A stretch of 42,641 nt of DNA from a virus (Duplodnaviria > Caudoviricetes), in IMG/VR virus record IMGVR_UViG_3300044448_002764, positions 1 through 42,641 of that record; one strand, given 5' to 3'. The notes under the pieces were generated by a model, which saw only the letters and a program-made list of their open reading frames with translations, ran no database searches and was not told the origin of the DNA. Shown here piece after piece: positions 25,488 through 34,240 of this stretch; positions within the stretch are counted from its first letter, which is position 1, and the number at the start of each line of letters is the position of its first letter. The translations under genes and the position numbers were made by a program.

Positions 25488-25642
25488 TACTTCTTCTTGT
25501 TACCAGAAATCATATTAAATACAGGCTTGATAACACTATCAAAAATAATGTCATCTTTTTTGCTTGGACTTAATTTAACTACTTTTTCAAGGACATAAAA
25601 TCCAAGTAGTACATATTCCCAGTGTTGTGTTAAGAATTCCAT
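25487..25642 (-). CDS. Small holin-like membrane protein (51 aa)
   Basis: Hand-translated MEFLTQHWEYVLLGFYVLEKVVKLSPSKKDDIIFDSVIKPVF…KKK; AAGGAG SD; TAATG coupling to the next gene. Confidence 0.6.
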   Translation of the reverse strand: MEFLTQHWEYVLLGFYVLEKVVKLSPSKKDDIIFDSVIKPVFNMISGNKKK

Positions 25643-25651
25643 AACATCTCC

Positions 25652-26440
25652 TTATTTGTTTCCATTAATTAGCTCGCCCCACAGTGAGGTTTTGCCGTCT
25701 ATAATTTGTACTATGTGTACAGTAAACATACCCTTATCATAGTAATCAACTATAGCGAATGCGTGTGACCAATTATGTCTTCTTCCTCCCAGCCACAGAT
25801 TCTTTTCTTCTGACATATCTTTCAAACAACCAATACTCCATGCAGATTTAACTCCATCCATATGGGTAACAGAACTTTGTTGTAAATCATGATGATGTCC
25901 ATACATTACATTAGCACCTATTCTTATTAAGTGATTTCTTGTATGCTGAACACCAGCAAAGTGGTTACCATGGTAGTAGTAAAGTTTACCAATCTTTAGA
26001 TAACGCCCAACTTGATAATACTTATATCCTCTATCTTTAAGTTTAACTGCATTTTTAAACCAATAATTATCAGATATATAGGGGTTTTCTTCTTTAAACC
26101 TATTTAACCAATCATCATGGTTGCCTTCACAAAAATACTTTTCTTTACAATTAACTTTGTCAAGTGACTCGTCAATCATATCCATTCCCTTATTAACTGC
26201 TATTATATCTTCATCAACAAAAGGGATTTGATATTCAAGTGGAGGTCTTTTTCTTTTTTTCCATTGCCAATGAGAGGCAGACTCCCATTCTCCAACATCG
26301 CCTAAATCAATATATACATCTGGTTTAACTATCTCAATTGACTTTTTTAAACAATTTATAGCAGGTATATCTGCCATTGGAAAATGTTTATCTGGTGTTA
26401 CAATTACTCTCTTAACAACTCCAGATTTCTTTTTCATCAA
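25652..26440 (-). CDS. Calcineurin-like metallophosphoesterase
   Basis: PDKH, DLGD, EGNHD, YHG and YGHHH motifs. Confidence 0.9.
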   Translation of the reverse strand: MMKKKSGVVKRVIVTPDKHFPMADIPAINCLKKSIEIVKPDVYIDLGDVGEWESASHWQWKKRKRPPLEYQIPFVDEDIIAVNKGMDMIDESLDKVNCKEKYFCEGNHDDWLNRFKEENPYISDNYWFKNAVKLKDRGYKYYQVGRYLKIGKLYYYHGNHFAGVQHTRNHLIRIGANVMYGHHHDLQQSSVTHMDGVKSAWSIGCLKDMSEEKNLWLGGRRHNWSHAFAIVDYYDKGMFTVHIVQIIDGKTSLWGELINGNK

Positions 26441-26466
26441 TAGTAACCTATTTATTTATTGTTTAT

Positions 26467-26634
26467 TTACGGTCTGCGAATAGGAGGTCTTCCACCACCT
26501 CTAGCAGGTTTTCTTTTCTGTGCCTTTGCAGGTCCTCTAAGTTTTGCTAAAGATTTAATTCCTCTTTTAGTTGCCTTAGATTTTGCTTTAGTAGACCTTC
26601 TCTTTTTAGCAGCTCTTCTTTTTTTAATTGCCAT
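26467..26634 (-). CDS. Highly basic protamine/histone H1-like microprotein (55 aa)
   Basis: Hand-translated MAIKKRRAAKKRRSTKAKSKATKRGIKSLAKLRGPAKAQKRKPARGGGRPPIRRP; GGAG SD; no acidic residues. Confidence 0.7.
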   Translation of the reverse strand: MAIKKRRAAKKRRSTKAKSKATKRGIKSLAKLRGPAKAQKRKPARGGGRPPIRRP

Positions 26635-26655
26635 TGTTTCTCCAGTTTGTTTTTA

Positions 26656-26973
26656 TTATCCTCTGTATGCTATTAAGCATTCAGTAGTAGCACCTATAGT
26701 TGCACTAACGATTTTATTAAAGCATCCGTATACTATATCTCCTGCTCCAATAGTAACCTTATTAGTACTTCCTCTGTCTAAATCATCTCCAATTACACTT
26801 TCAGCGTGAACTTCGATATCAGTACTTCCAACACATTTAAGTGCTATCCAGTAACCCTCATCATTACTTGGGGTACTTCCATTATACCAAATATCAAAAC
26901 CATTTTGACCTATGGATAGATTCGCAACTTCATTTCCACTATAAGCATGCTTTCCACCTTTTCTTACTGCCAT
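26656..26973 (-). CDS. Small virion structural protein (beta-rich)
   Basis: ORF track; AAGGAG SD; position in the structural operon. Confidence 0.65.
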   Translation of the reverse strand: MAVRKGGKHAYSGNEVANLSIGQNGFDIWYNGSTPSNDEGYWIALKCVGSTDIEVHAESVIGDDLDRGSTNKVTIGAGDIVYGCFNKIVSATIGATTECLIAYRG

Positions 26974-26986
26974 CTTATCTCCTTAT

Positions 26987-27361
26987 TTATATTTTAGGAA
27001 CTGATATTACTCTTACTCCACTCTTTCTAGTGGGAAAAGTTTTTAAATTTTTATCAAATTTTGCTAAAAAATACATTGCTGATTGTAAGTCTCCACTATC
27101 TTCTATTAATCTGTACTTAACATAATCAACAACTAAATTGTGTAATCCAATCTCTAATCCGATTGTTCTATATAAATCATCAGATATCTCTGTTACATCA
27201 TCATAATATGAACTTGAATGTATTCTTATTCCACCTACTTGCGATGTACCAGAATATGAATCCCATTTTCCTGTAGATTCATTCTTAACAAGTATTGCAA
27301 TTTTATTTCCATCTGGATACCATAAGCATTGTGAGTTTGGTGTTTTGATATCAGTAGCCAT
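26987..27361 (-). CDS. Head-tail adaptor-like protein, C-terminal half
   Basis: WYPDGNKIAIL…LHNLVVDYVKYRL resembles the C-terminal half of ORF 28139-28825 (FYKKSNKIFVL…LETLVIQYAIIKA). Confidence 0.55.
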   Translation of the reverse strand: MATDIKTPNSQCLWYPDGNKIAILVKNESTGKWDSYSGTSQVGGIRIHSSSYYDDVTEISDDLYRTIGLEIGLHNLVVDYVKYRLIEDSGDLQSAMYFLAKFDKNLKTFPTRKSGVRVISVPKI

Positions 27362-27363
27362 AA

Positions 27364-27648
27364 TTAATTCTCACTATTCTCATCTATTAAATGTGGGTCA
27401 GCTGTTTTAGGAATTAACTCATAAACCCCATCATTATCCATAATCTCAACTCTTTGAATATCTATAGTCTCTTTTGGTATATCATAAAATCTTTGATTGG
27501 ATATTAAATCTTCTTTTGAAATTCTTTTGTTGTGAAATCTTTTGGTTGCTATTTCATTAAGAGCATCATTAATCAACCTCAACATATATGTTCTAGGCTG
27601 TCTTCCATAGACATGTTCTATTTGTGTTATGATATCTTTAACTGTCAT
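27364..27648 (-). CDS. Head-tail adaptor-like protein, N-terminal half
   Basis: MTVKDIITQI…LINDALNEIA…NQRFYDIP…IQRVE matches the N-terminal pattern of phage adaptors. Confidence 0.6.
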   Translation of the reverse strand: MTVKDIITQIEHVYGRQPRTYMLRLINDALNEIATKRFHNKRISKEDLISNQRFYDIPKETIDIQRVEIMDNDGVYELIPKTADPHLIDENSEN

Positions 27649-28139
27649 TATGAACTCGCTACAAAGATTTCTACATCTATAGCACTTCCTCCTGTAAAGA
27701 CAACAAGGCTTTCTAAGTCAACTAAATCTGTAACTAAATTTGCATTGGCATCTGATATTCCAATTCCATCATTAGGAGTTCCCATAACAAAACTTCTTCC
27801 AGATTCAATAAGTAAACTTGCAGATTCATCAGCAGATGTATCATCTTCCCCAACATCTGATTGCAAACTTAAAGTTATACTTGTAGATGCATCTAAATTA
27901 GTTACTCTTATGTATTTAACATCATCAATGTCTAATGGAGAAAGAGTTCCATCAGCAACAGAACTATGAAAATGCACTAAAGTAGTTTCAGAGTTAGCTG
28001 GACAAGTAACAATCCTTTTATATACTTCATTAATGTCTGATACACTTAATACATTTCTAGAACCTTGCTCGGCTCCATTTAATTTAATTTTTTCTTCTAT
28101 AGTTACCTTTAAGGTACTTGGTATTACTGTTGTTGCCAC
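27648..28139 (-). CDS. Virion structural protein (VKYIRVTNLD motif)
   Basis: Beta-rich; GTG start; AGGAGGAG SD. Confidence 0.65.
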   Translation of the reverse strand: MATTVIPSTLKVTIEEKIKLNGAEQGSRNVLSVSDINEVYKRIVTCPANSETTLVHFHSSVADGTLSPLDIDDVKYIRVTNLDASTSITLSLQSDVGEDDTSADESASLLIESGRSFVMGTPNDGIGISDANANLVTDLVDLESLVVFTGGSAIDVEIFVASS

Positions 28140-28825
28140 TATGCATCTCCTCCTTGTTGTGGTGCTATTTGAGCATTACTCATTCCATATAATTTTAAAT
28201 AACTTTCCAATGAATTAAAATAATCTCCCTTGAATGTTCTGAGTAACTCATTTGATAATTCTGTATCTTGATTATTTGCAAGTTCATGTTCAGTCGCTTT
28301 TATAATTGCATACTGTATAACTAAAGTTTCTAATTCATCTGGAAAGGTTGATATTGAAGTAGCATTATAACTAATAGTTGGAAATGTAATAGTATTTATT
28401 TTCGCTGGATATGTCGCACTAGGAGTTGGTAAAACAAAAATCTTATTACTTTTTTTATAAAATACTGGGTCTTCACTAAATGCTTCTTCCATATATCCAG
28501 AATCTGGAGTAGCCTTTCCTAAATCTGCTTGATGTATCTCTCTACAGGGTAAGTGCAATCCACTGTGTTTATCTTTTCTTGTAACTCCTAATACTCTACA
28601 ATTATTAATAGTACTTCCATTTCCATCTGTTAAATCAGTTGCGTCAGCAGCTACTGAATATAAACATTGTGGTGGTAAAGTATTTATTAATTCTTTCGCT
28701 CCAGATTGCAACCACTCAGCTGAAAGTTCTCTTCCTGTAGCATCTCCAAATCCAACCGTACTAGAAGATGTTGCATCGAATCCTGTCATTGCAAATATTT
28801 GTTCATCAAATTGATGATGTGCCAT
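28139..28825 (-). CDS. Head-tail adaptor / tail tubular A-like protein
   Basis: WLQSGAKELIN…DPVFY…VLPTP…FPDELETLVIQYA; position after the capsid genes. Confidence 0.65.
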   Translation of the reverse strand: MAHHQFDEQIFAMTGFDATSSSTVGFGDATGRELSAEWLQSGAKELINTLPPQCLYSVAADATDLTDGNGSTINNCRVLGVTRKDKHSGLHLPCREIHQADLGKATPDSGYMEEAFSEDPVFYKKSNKIFVLPTPSATYPAKINTITFPTISYNATSISTFPDELETLVIQYAIIKATEHELANNQDTELSNELLRTFKGDYFNSLESYLKLYGMSNAQIAPQQGGDA

Positions 28826-29049
28826 TATCCATTACCTTTCATTCTTTTTGCACCTTCTTCCATAGTAGTAGTTGATATTTCCATTTTAGTTCCACGAGTC
28901 CAAGGGTTTAAATTAAAACCACCTAATTTAGGTGTTACTGTTGAAAAAGCATTTCCACATTCACAATTGTGACTTGTTGGATTAGTTCCAGCTTTATTTG
29001 CTTCAACTTCATTTTTCTTTTCACACTTTGGACATATGTATATAAGCAT
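28825..29049 (-). CDS. Zn-ribbon protein (FmdB-like)
   Basis: MLIYICPKC…CECG; AAGGAG SD. Confidence 0.7.
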   Translation of the reverse strand: MLIYICPKCEKKNEVEANKAGTNPTSHNCECGNAFSTVTPKLGGFNLNPWTRGTKMEISTTTMEEGAKRMKGNG

Positions 29050-29093
29050 TTTACTCCTTAGTTATATCTAAATATAAATATAAATATTCGTTT

Positions 29094-29291
29094 TTAATAG
29101 CGTTTTTTCTTCGCTCTTTTAACTTTTTTACCAGTTTTCTTTGCATATCTTTTAGCAGCTGCCTTACCAGCCTTACTATAAGAAAATTTTTTCTTTCCTA
29201 CTTTTGGCATTTTCTTCTTCTTTCTTTTTTTTCCAAAATTATGTTTTCTTCTTTTATCTCCAGATGGGACTATGTTTCCACCTATACTCAT
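29094..29291 (-). CDS. Highly basic microprotein (contains MPKVGKKKFSY…AAKRYAKKTGKK module)
   Basis: ORF track; AGGAG SD; K/R-dominated. Confidence 0.7.
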   Translation of the reverse strand: MSIGGNIVPSGDKRRKHNFGKKRKKKKMPKVGKKKFSYSKAGKAAAKRYAKKTGKKVKRAKKKRY

Positions 29292-29310
29292 TAATTCTCC
29301 TAAATTTTTA

Positions 29311-29356
29311 GTAGATTCGGAGGTCGCCCTTTATACGACAACCTCCATAGTTCTAC
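29311..29356 (-). terminator. Long hairpin downstream of the capsid/decoration genes (terminator, stabiliser or processing site)
   Basis: Minus-strand GGAGGTTG (29346-29339)/CGACCTCC (29326-29319) with outer GTAGA/TCTAC; followed by an A-tract rather than a U-tract. Confidence 0.45.
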
Positions 29357-29383
29357 AAAACTATTAATCCTTATGAATTTGGA

Positions 29384-29839
29384 TTATGAAAGCGTAATGC
29401 CACCATCTAACTTAGTCTGACCATCAATGTACCAACTAGTTCCATCTGTCCATATATTAACATAATCCCCAACTGTATCAGTTGCATTTGGAAAAGTTAT
29501 AAATGTACATCCAGTTGAACTTGGTCCATCTTCAGTATCATCAGTTTCTAACTCATTAATGCCACCTATGATTTTATTAGTATCATGAGTTGCATTTTCA
29601 GTTATTATGTAGTCATTAGATGTGCAGTTAGTTACAACAACAAATTTACAATACCAACCATTTCCAGCACTTTTAATTGCTGGTAAAGTAACTGTAAATC
29701 CAGCTGCTAATGATAGTCCAAAAACTTTACCACTATCGTCAACATCTAAGGCTTTTGTTGTTATTAACTCTTCATAAGGAATCCTATCGAATCCCTTTCC
29801 ATATCTATCGCTATTACTATTAATTACATCATTTCTCAT
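29384..29839 (-). CDS. Capsid decoration / minor head protein
   Basis: Directly after the MCP; DSGKVF…TVTLPA…GDYVNIWTDGTSWY beta-sandwich pattern; AAGGAGG SD. Confidence 0.65.
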   Translation of the reverse strand: MRNDVINSNSDRYGKGFDRIPYEELITTKALDVDDSGKVFGLSLAAGFTVTLPAIKSAGNGWYCKFVVVTNCTSNDYIITENATHDTNKIIGGINELETDDTEDGPSSTGCTFITFPNATDTVGDYVNIWTDGTSWYIDGQTKLDGGITLS

Positions 29840-29852
29840 TGTTCATGCCTCC

Positions 29853-31271
29853 TTATATATTAAATGCATATAAACCATGAGTCTCTGGTAATGATACTTC
29901 TAATCCAGCTTCTGTGATTATCATATCTTTACGCAAATCTTCATCAGCGTTTTGTACATTTGTTATTATATGAGTATCTCTGTTAACACCGTTGCCAACA
30001 AGAGGTCTGTATGCTAATGTAGACATATCGCACATAAGCATGAATCCATTTGAAACTCCTCTGAATAAGGGTTCTTTAACTAATTGCAATGAACCATGTA
30101 TAGTTTCAATAAGTAGGACTTTATGTCCAAATGCACCAGCTTGCTCACTGAGGTCCATATTCAATCTGAATCCAGTGTTAGAGCCACCTACAACAGATTG
30201 TTGTAAGAAACCAGCACTACCTATTTTGTTAAACAAGGAAATCACAGGTAAAGAACATAGTACAAGTTTTTCACTTGAACCGCCTCTAGCAGGGTCAAAC
30301 ATTACTTCTAAGTCAGACAACAGAGTATCATAATCTAAATCAGTTGCCGCTATTGTTTTCATGTAAGATTTTCCACTAGAGTATGAGAATTGAGTTCCAG
30401 CTGGTGTTGCCAATGAATCAAGATTTTGTAGTATGTTACCAACAATACCATCTGTATGTTGCACACTATTTGCTCTTGATTTTGTACCAAACAACATTGC
30501 TCTCTCAATGTCTGCTTTATGTTCTCTTAGTTTAAGATTCCATATTCTATCCCATTCAGAAGCATAGCCTCTGTATACTGTTGCTATCGCAGTATTGGTA
30601 AGTTCAGCTGCAGTTTTGAATATTTGAGTATATCCAAAATTGTCTTCTATTTCACTTGACCAAGTATCTGGAGAGCCAGTTCCTTCTCCAAATGATGTTC
30701 CAACTACTTGACATTCATCTCCTTGATTAGCACCACTAGTATTACCAGTGATTGTGTCATAACCACTTCCAGCATCAGAATTACCAAGGTCTGTAACTGT
30801 TCCAGTGAACTCTGTGTATCCACTTGCAATAGATATGTTTCCTTTAATTCGTACTGTGATATAGTTAAAGGTTGTTGCTGACTTTAATGTTTCTACTTGA
30901 AACATCATGCCAGGAACCAACCAATCTACTGAACTAGTTGCCGCAGTCTGTTCTACATTGAATGTATAATCGGTGTCTATTGTTACTGATGCTGTATCTC
31001 CTGTTGCACCATTAACTGATTCAACTCTAAAAGTTCTATCAGTCCAATCAGTTTTAGTCCTATTTTCTAGGTATCTGAAAACTGGGTCATCAGTAGGTAC
31101 TTTAGAAACATTGCTCAAGTACACGAAGAATGGCGATTCTTCTGGAGCAAGCTCTGCAACCCTATCACCGAAATTAAACAGTTTACGAGTATCTGGGGTC
31201 TGAAACCCACTTATACTCGATGTGGCTTTACCAACTTCAGTAGAGTCTAATTGTCCTCTATTATAAGCCAT
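29853..31271 (-). CDS. Major capsid protein (SU10/DUF5309-like, HK97 fold)
   Basis: LAPEESPF, GTSFGEG, GYTQIFK, HKADIERAMLFG, TEAGLEV; downstream of the scaffold; GAGGAG SD. Confidence 0.9.
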   Translation of the reverse strand: MAYNRGQLDSTEVGKATSSISGFQTPDTRKLFNFGDRVAELAPEESPFFVYLSNVSKVPTDDPVFRYLENRTKTDWTDRTFRVESVNGATGDTASVTIDTDYTFNVEQTAATSSVDWLVPGMMFQVETLKSATTFNYITVRIKGNISIASGYTEFTGTVTDLGNSDAGSGYDTITGNTSGANQGDECQVVGTSFGEGTGSPDTWSSEIEDNFGYTQIFKTAAELTNTAIATVYRGYASEWDRIWNLKLREHKADIERAMLFGTKSRANSVQHTDGIVGNILQNLDSLATPAGTQFSYSSGKSYMKTIAATDLDYDTLLSDLEVMFDPARGGSSEKLVLCSLPVISLFNKIGSAGFLQQSVVGGSNTGFRLNMDLSEQAGAFGHKVLLIETIHGSLQLVKEPLFRGVSNGFMLMCDMSTLAYRPLVGNGVNRDTHIITNVQNADEDLRKDMIITEAGLEVSLPETHGLYAFNI

Positions 31272-31304
31272 AATATATTACTCCTCTTTAATTTAAGATT
31301 ATTG

Positions 31305-32120
31305 TTATTTTTTTAACCCTAATCTACCTTGAGCACTAGCACCTAATACAGCGTCAAATAAAGAATCAGCTTCGTTTCTTTTTAAAGGTTGTTGTCCTTG
31401 TAAAACACCACTTTGTTGAGGTTGAGATTGTGTTTGTCTAACTTGGTCTAGAGGATTCTCAAAACCTGGCGAATTCACACCATTTTGACCTTGATACGCT
31501 CTATACATTTGAACAATATTATCTTCTCCTAATTCATTAATTGGAGTTTCAGCAAATTGAATAAATCCATCAATCTCGTTTGGAGACATTCTATACTTAG
31601 TTGATAGTTTGTTTCTTAATTGAGACATCGCATTTTCTTTTTGCATAGGACCTACTATATTATTAACCTTCTCATCTACCATGCTATTAATTCTTTGTTG
31701 TTCTTCTTGCATTCTGAACTGGTACGACTTAGATTTAGGGTCTGTCATTGATGCCCAAGGGTCATATTCCTCTGGTCTAAGATTAACTTGTTCTTTTTCC
31801 TTTGGTTTTTCTCCTTTTAAAGCACCTCTTATTGCGTTCTCAACTTCTGGTCTCTGTAATAGATTACGAACTTTGCCTAGTTCTTCTTTCGCTTTTCTAG
31901 CTTCAGCAAATGCCTTGTCTTTTTCCGATTGAAAATACTTTGCTTGTTGTTCGAAATCTGCTTGATTCCTCTGTTGGTTGTTTGCACCACCTTGTGATTG
32001 TCCAGCATTTGGGTTAACTCTTTGTGCAGAATTCCCTGTTGCTCTTGGATTTCCAGTTGGCGATTGTGCGTTTTGTTTCTCTACTGATGTAGGATTGTTT
32101 GGATTCTGATTATTCATCAT
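31305..32120 (-). CDS. Capsid scaffolding protein
   Basis: Between portal and MCP; Q/N-rich N-terminus, KYFQSEKDK coiled coil and YDPW…DPKSKSY. Confidence 0.75.
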   Translation of the reverse strand: MMNNQNPNNPTSVEKQNAQSPTGNPRATGNSAQRVNPNAGQSQGGANNQQRNQADFEQQAKYFQSEKDKAFAEARKAKEELGKVRNLLQRPEVENAIRGALKGEKPKEKEQVNLRPEEYDPWASMTDPKSKSYQFRMQEEQQRINSMVDEKVNNIVGPMQKENAMSQLRNKLSTKYRMSPNEIDGFIQFAETPINELGEDNIVQMYRAYQGQNGVNSPGFENPLDQVRQTQSQPQQSGVLQGQQPLKRNEADSLFDAVLGASAQGRLGLKK

Positions 32121-32129
32121 TTTCTCCTC

Positions 32130-34202
32130 TTATTGCAATTCCTCTACTTCGTTCTCTTGAGTCAGACCACTTTGTAATTCCATTCGTGATTTCTCTGAAG
32201 CGAGGTTGACTGCTGTTTCTAGTTTAGATAAAGATTTTAAAGTACGCTCTTTTTCTTTGTTTTTCTCTTCTTGCATTGTACCTTTGAATTTTTCTACTTC
32301 AGTTCTCTGTCTAGCAGATACTGCTTCTCTTCTAGCTGTTTGTAAATCTCCTTCTAATTCTTTTATAACTTTAGTTTGTTGTTCAACTTGTTGTTGTAAT
32401 TGTTGCACTAAATCAATTCTTTGCATTACACCTTCTTTATCAAATATATCTGTTTTCTTTAATACTTCAGTTCTATCTATTAATCCAGATTGATAAGCCA
32501 TCATATATACATCTAATTCTCCATATCTATTTGATGGTAATGTTGAATTTCCAATTACTCTTACATCAAATTGTCCAGATGTAATATCATTTTCAATTCC
32601 TTGTAATGTTCCAGTCTTGTCATCAACTAGTCTTCTGTTTATAGTATACTCAGTTAAATCATTATTAGGTTGCACTATTCTTATTTTCTTTTCAAAATTG
32701 TAATGAGTTTTTGCTAAACTGTGTATAACTTGACCTAATCTTTTTAAAGAGCCTTCAATATCTCTTAATTTTGATTTACTTCTTCTTTGCCCAAAATCCT
32801 CCATCATCATAGTTCCAGAAGATGTTTTCGGTGCTGCATCTGGATTACCCTGTTGCATTTCAAATATACCAAGATTTAAATCTATATAATGCTCTCCTTG
32901 TTGCATTAAAGTATAGAAAGATGTTGGCAATGGTTGTGGTTGTGGAAAATGAGGCTCTCCCATAGAGGCATCATATTCTATTGTAGCATTAGGATTAGCC
33001 CAATCTTTTTCTAATTGTTCCATATCTGGAATGCTACCTTGTGGTACAAGTAATTTTAATCCAGCACTTGTTTGTGCATGAGATATAATTAATGAAAACA
33101 TTTTATTAATAAATTTTTGTACATCTTTAACTTTTGCAACATCTCCTATTGGGTAAGGAGTATTCGTCCAAACATTTGGAAATGGTACTATTGGATATTT
33201 ATTTGTATCAAGTATGTTTTCATATAAAACCATTTGCCCTAATGCACAAGTAACTTTAATTCTTGTTTGCATTATTTCTTCTACATCAACTCTTCCTAGC
33301 TTAGATAATTCTGCTATTTGTGGGTCTTTAACAAATTGTTCAAATTCTTGTGGTCTCATTACTCTTTGTTGTATTTGAGGTTGCTGACCTTCTTCTTGTG
33401 GAGGCATAACCATAACAACACGATAATAAGGAACTTTAACTTTTGAGAATTGTTCTATTAATCTATATTTGGTAGAACCTTGTTTGCCCCAATCATAATC
33501 TTTTACCTCACTTGGAGTAAAAGTATTTTTCTTTACTGATTGAGTAGATGATGGAAAATCTTCATCTTTATAAAAATTATCTTCTACCTTATCTATTAAT
33601 CTCTTTTCTGGCTCTTCTGGTATAGGTTCATTTAATTTTGGATATAAATTTATTATTTGGTCTTCTGTTAATATAGTTGATACAAATATTTCAGATGCAT
33701 CATCAAACCATTTATTCCTAGAATTTGGGTCTACATATACTCTAAATGGAGATACTGGTTGAAACTTTATTTCTCCTCTTCCAAAATCTGCTTCTCTATC
33801 TAAGTAAGCATATAAGTATCCTAATCCTGTAATAGCATAATCATGAACAACTTGTTTGAAAGATTCATTGCCATCAGATATATCCCATATATATTCTAAT
33901 ATATGTTTCCACACTTCAGATACTTTATTGTCAGAATCCTCCCTTGCAACAACTGAAAACTTTGGAGGTCTAGCAGTTAAGATAGATTTCAATTGTTCTA
34001 TTGCTGGATATATTCTATCTATGACAATATCTGCTTGACTTCTAGATTGTAATTCACTTGCTTCTTGAGTAGTATAGTGATTACCTAAATAAAAATCTAA
34101 ATCTTCTCTTGCTTGATTATCCCAATTTGTTCTAGCATCGGAGAATCTTTTAAAGGTTTCTTGTATTCTTTTTGCTCTTATATCTATTTCTATTTTAGCC
34201 AT
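32130..34202 (-). CDS. Portal protein (P22-like)
   Basis: DFYLGNHY, ITGLGY, VYVDP, YPIVPF, GQFDVRV and C-terminal coiled-coil barrel; follows TerL. Confidence 0.92.
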   Translation of the reverse strand: MAKIEIDIRAKRIQETFKRFSDARTNWDNQAREDLDFYLGNHYTTQEASELQSRSQADIVIDRIYPAIEQLKSILTARPPKFSVVAREDSDNKVSEVWKHILEYIWDISDGNESFKQVVHDYAITGLGYLYAYLDREADFGRGEIKFQPVSPFRVYVDPNSRNKWFDDASEIFVSTILTEDQIINLYPKLNEPIPEEPEKRLIDKVEDNFYKDEDFPSSTQSVKKNTFTPSEVKDYDWGKQGSTKYRLIEQFSKVKVPYYRVVMVMPPQEEGQQPQIQQRVMRPQEFEQFVKDPQIAELSKLGRVDVEEIMQTRIKVTCALGQMVLYENILDTNKYPIVPFPNVWTNTPYPIGDVAKVKDVQKFINKMFSLIISHAQTSAGLKLLVPQGSIPDMEQLEKDWANPNATIEYDASMGEPHFPQPQPLPTSFYTLMQQGEHYIDLNLGIFEMQQGNPDAAPKTSSGTMMMEDFGQRRSKSKLRDIEGSLKRLGQVIHSLAKTHYNFEKKIRIVQPNNDLTEYTINRRLVDDKTGTLQGIENDITSGQFDVRVIGNSTLPSNRYGELDVYMMAYQSGLIDRTEVLKKTDIFDKEGVMQRIDLVQQLQQQVEQQTKVIKELEGDLQTARREAVSARQRTEVEKFKGTMQEEKNKEKERTLKSLSKLETAVNLASEKSRMELQSGLTQENEVEELQ

Positions 34203-34208
34203 TCATGT

Positions 34209-34240
34209 AAGTTAAGTATAAAGTATTGACAAAGTCAATA
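34209..34240 (-). promoter_or_regulatory. Promoter TTGACT-N18-TAACTT overlapped by the inverted repeat TATTGAC-AAA-GTCAATA
   Basis: Inverted repeat at 34224-34240; the -10 ends 6 nt before the portal ATG; no SD. Confidence 0.5.
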
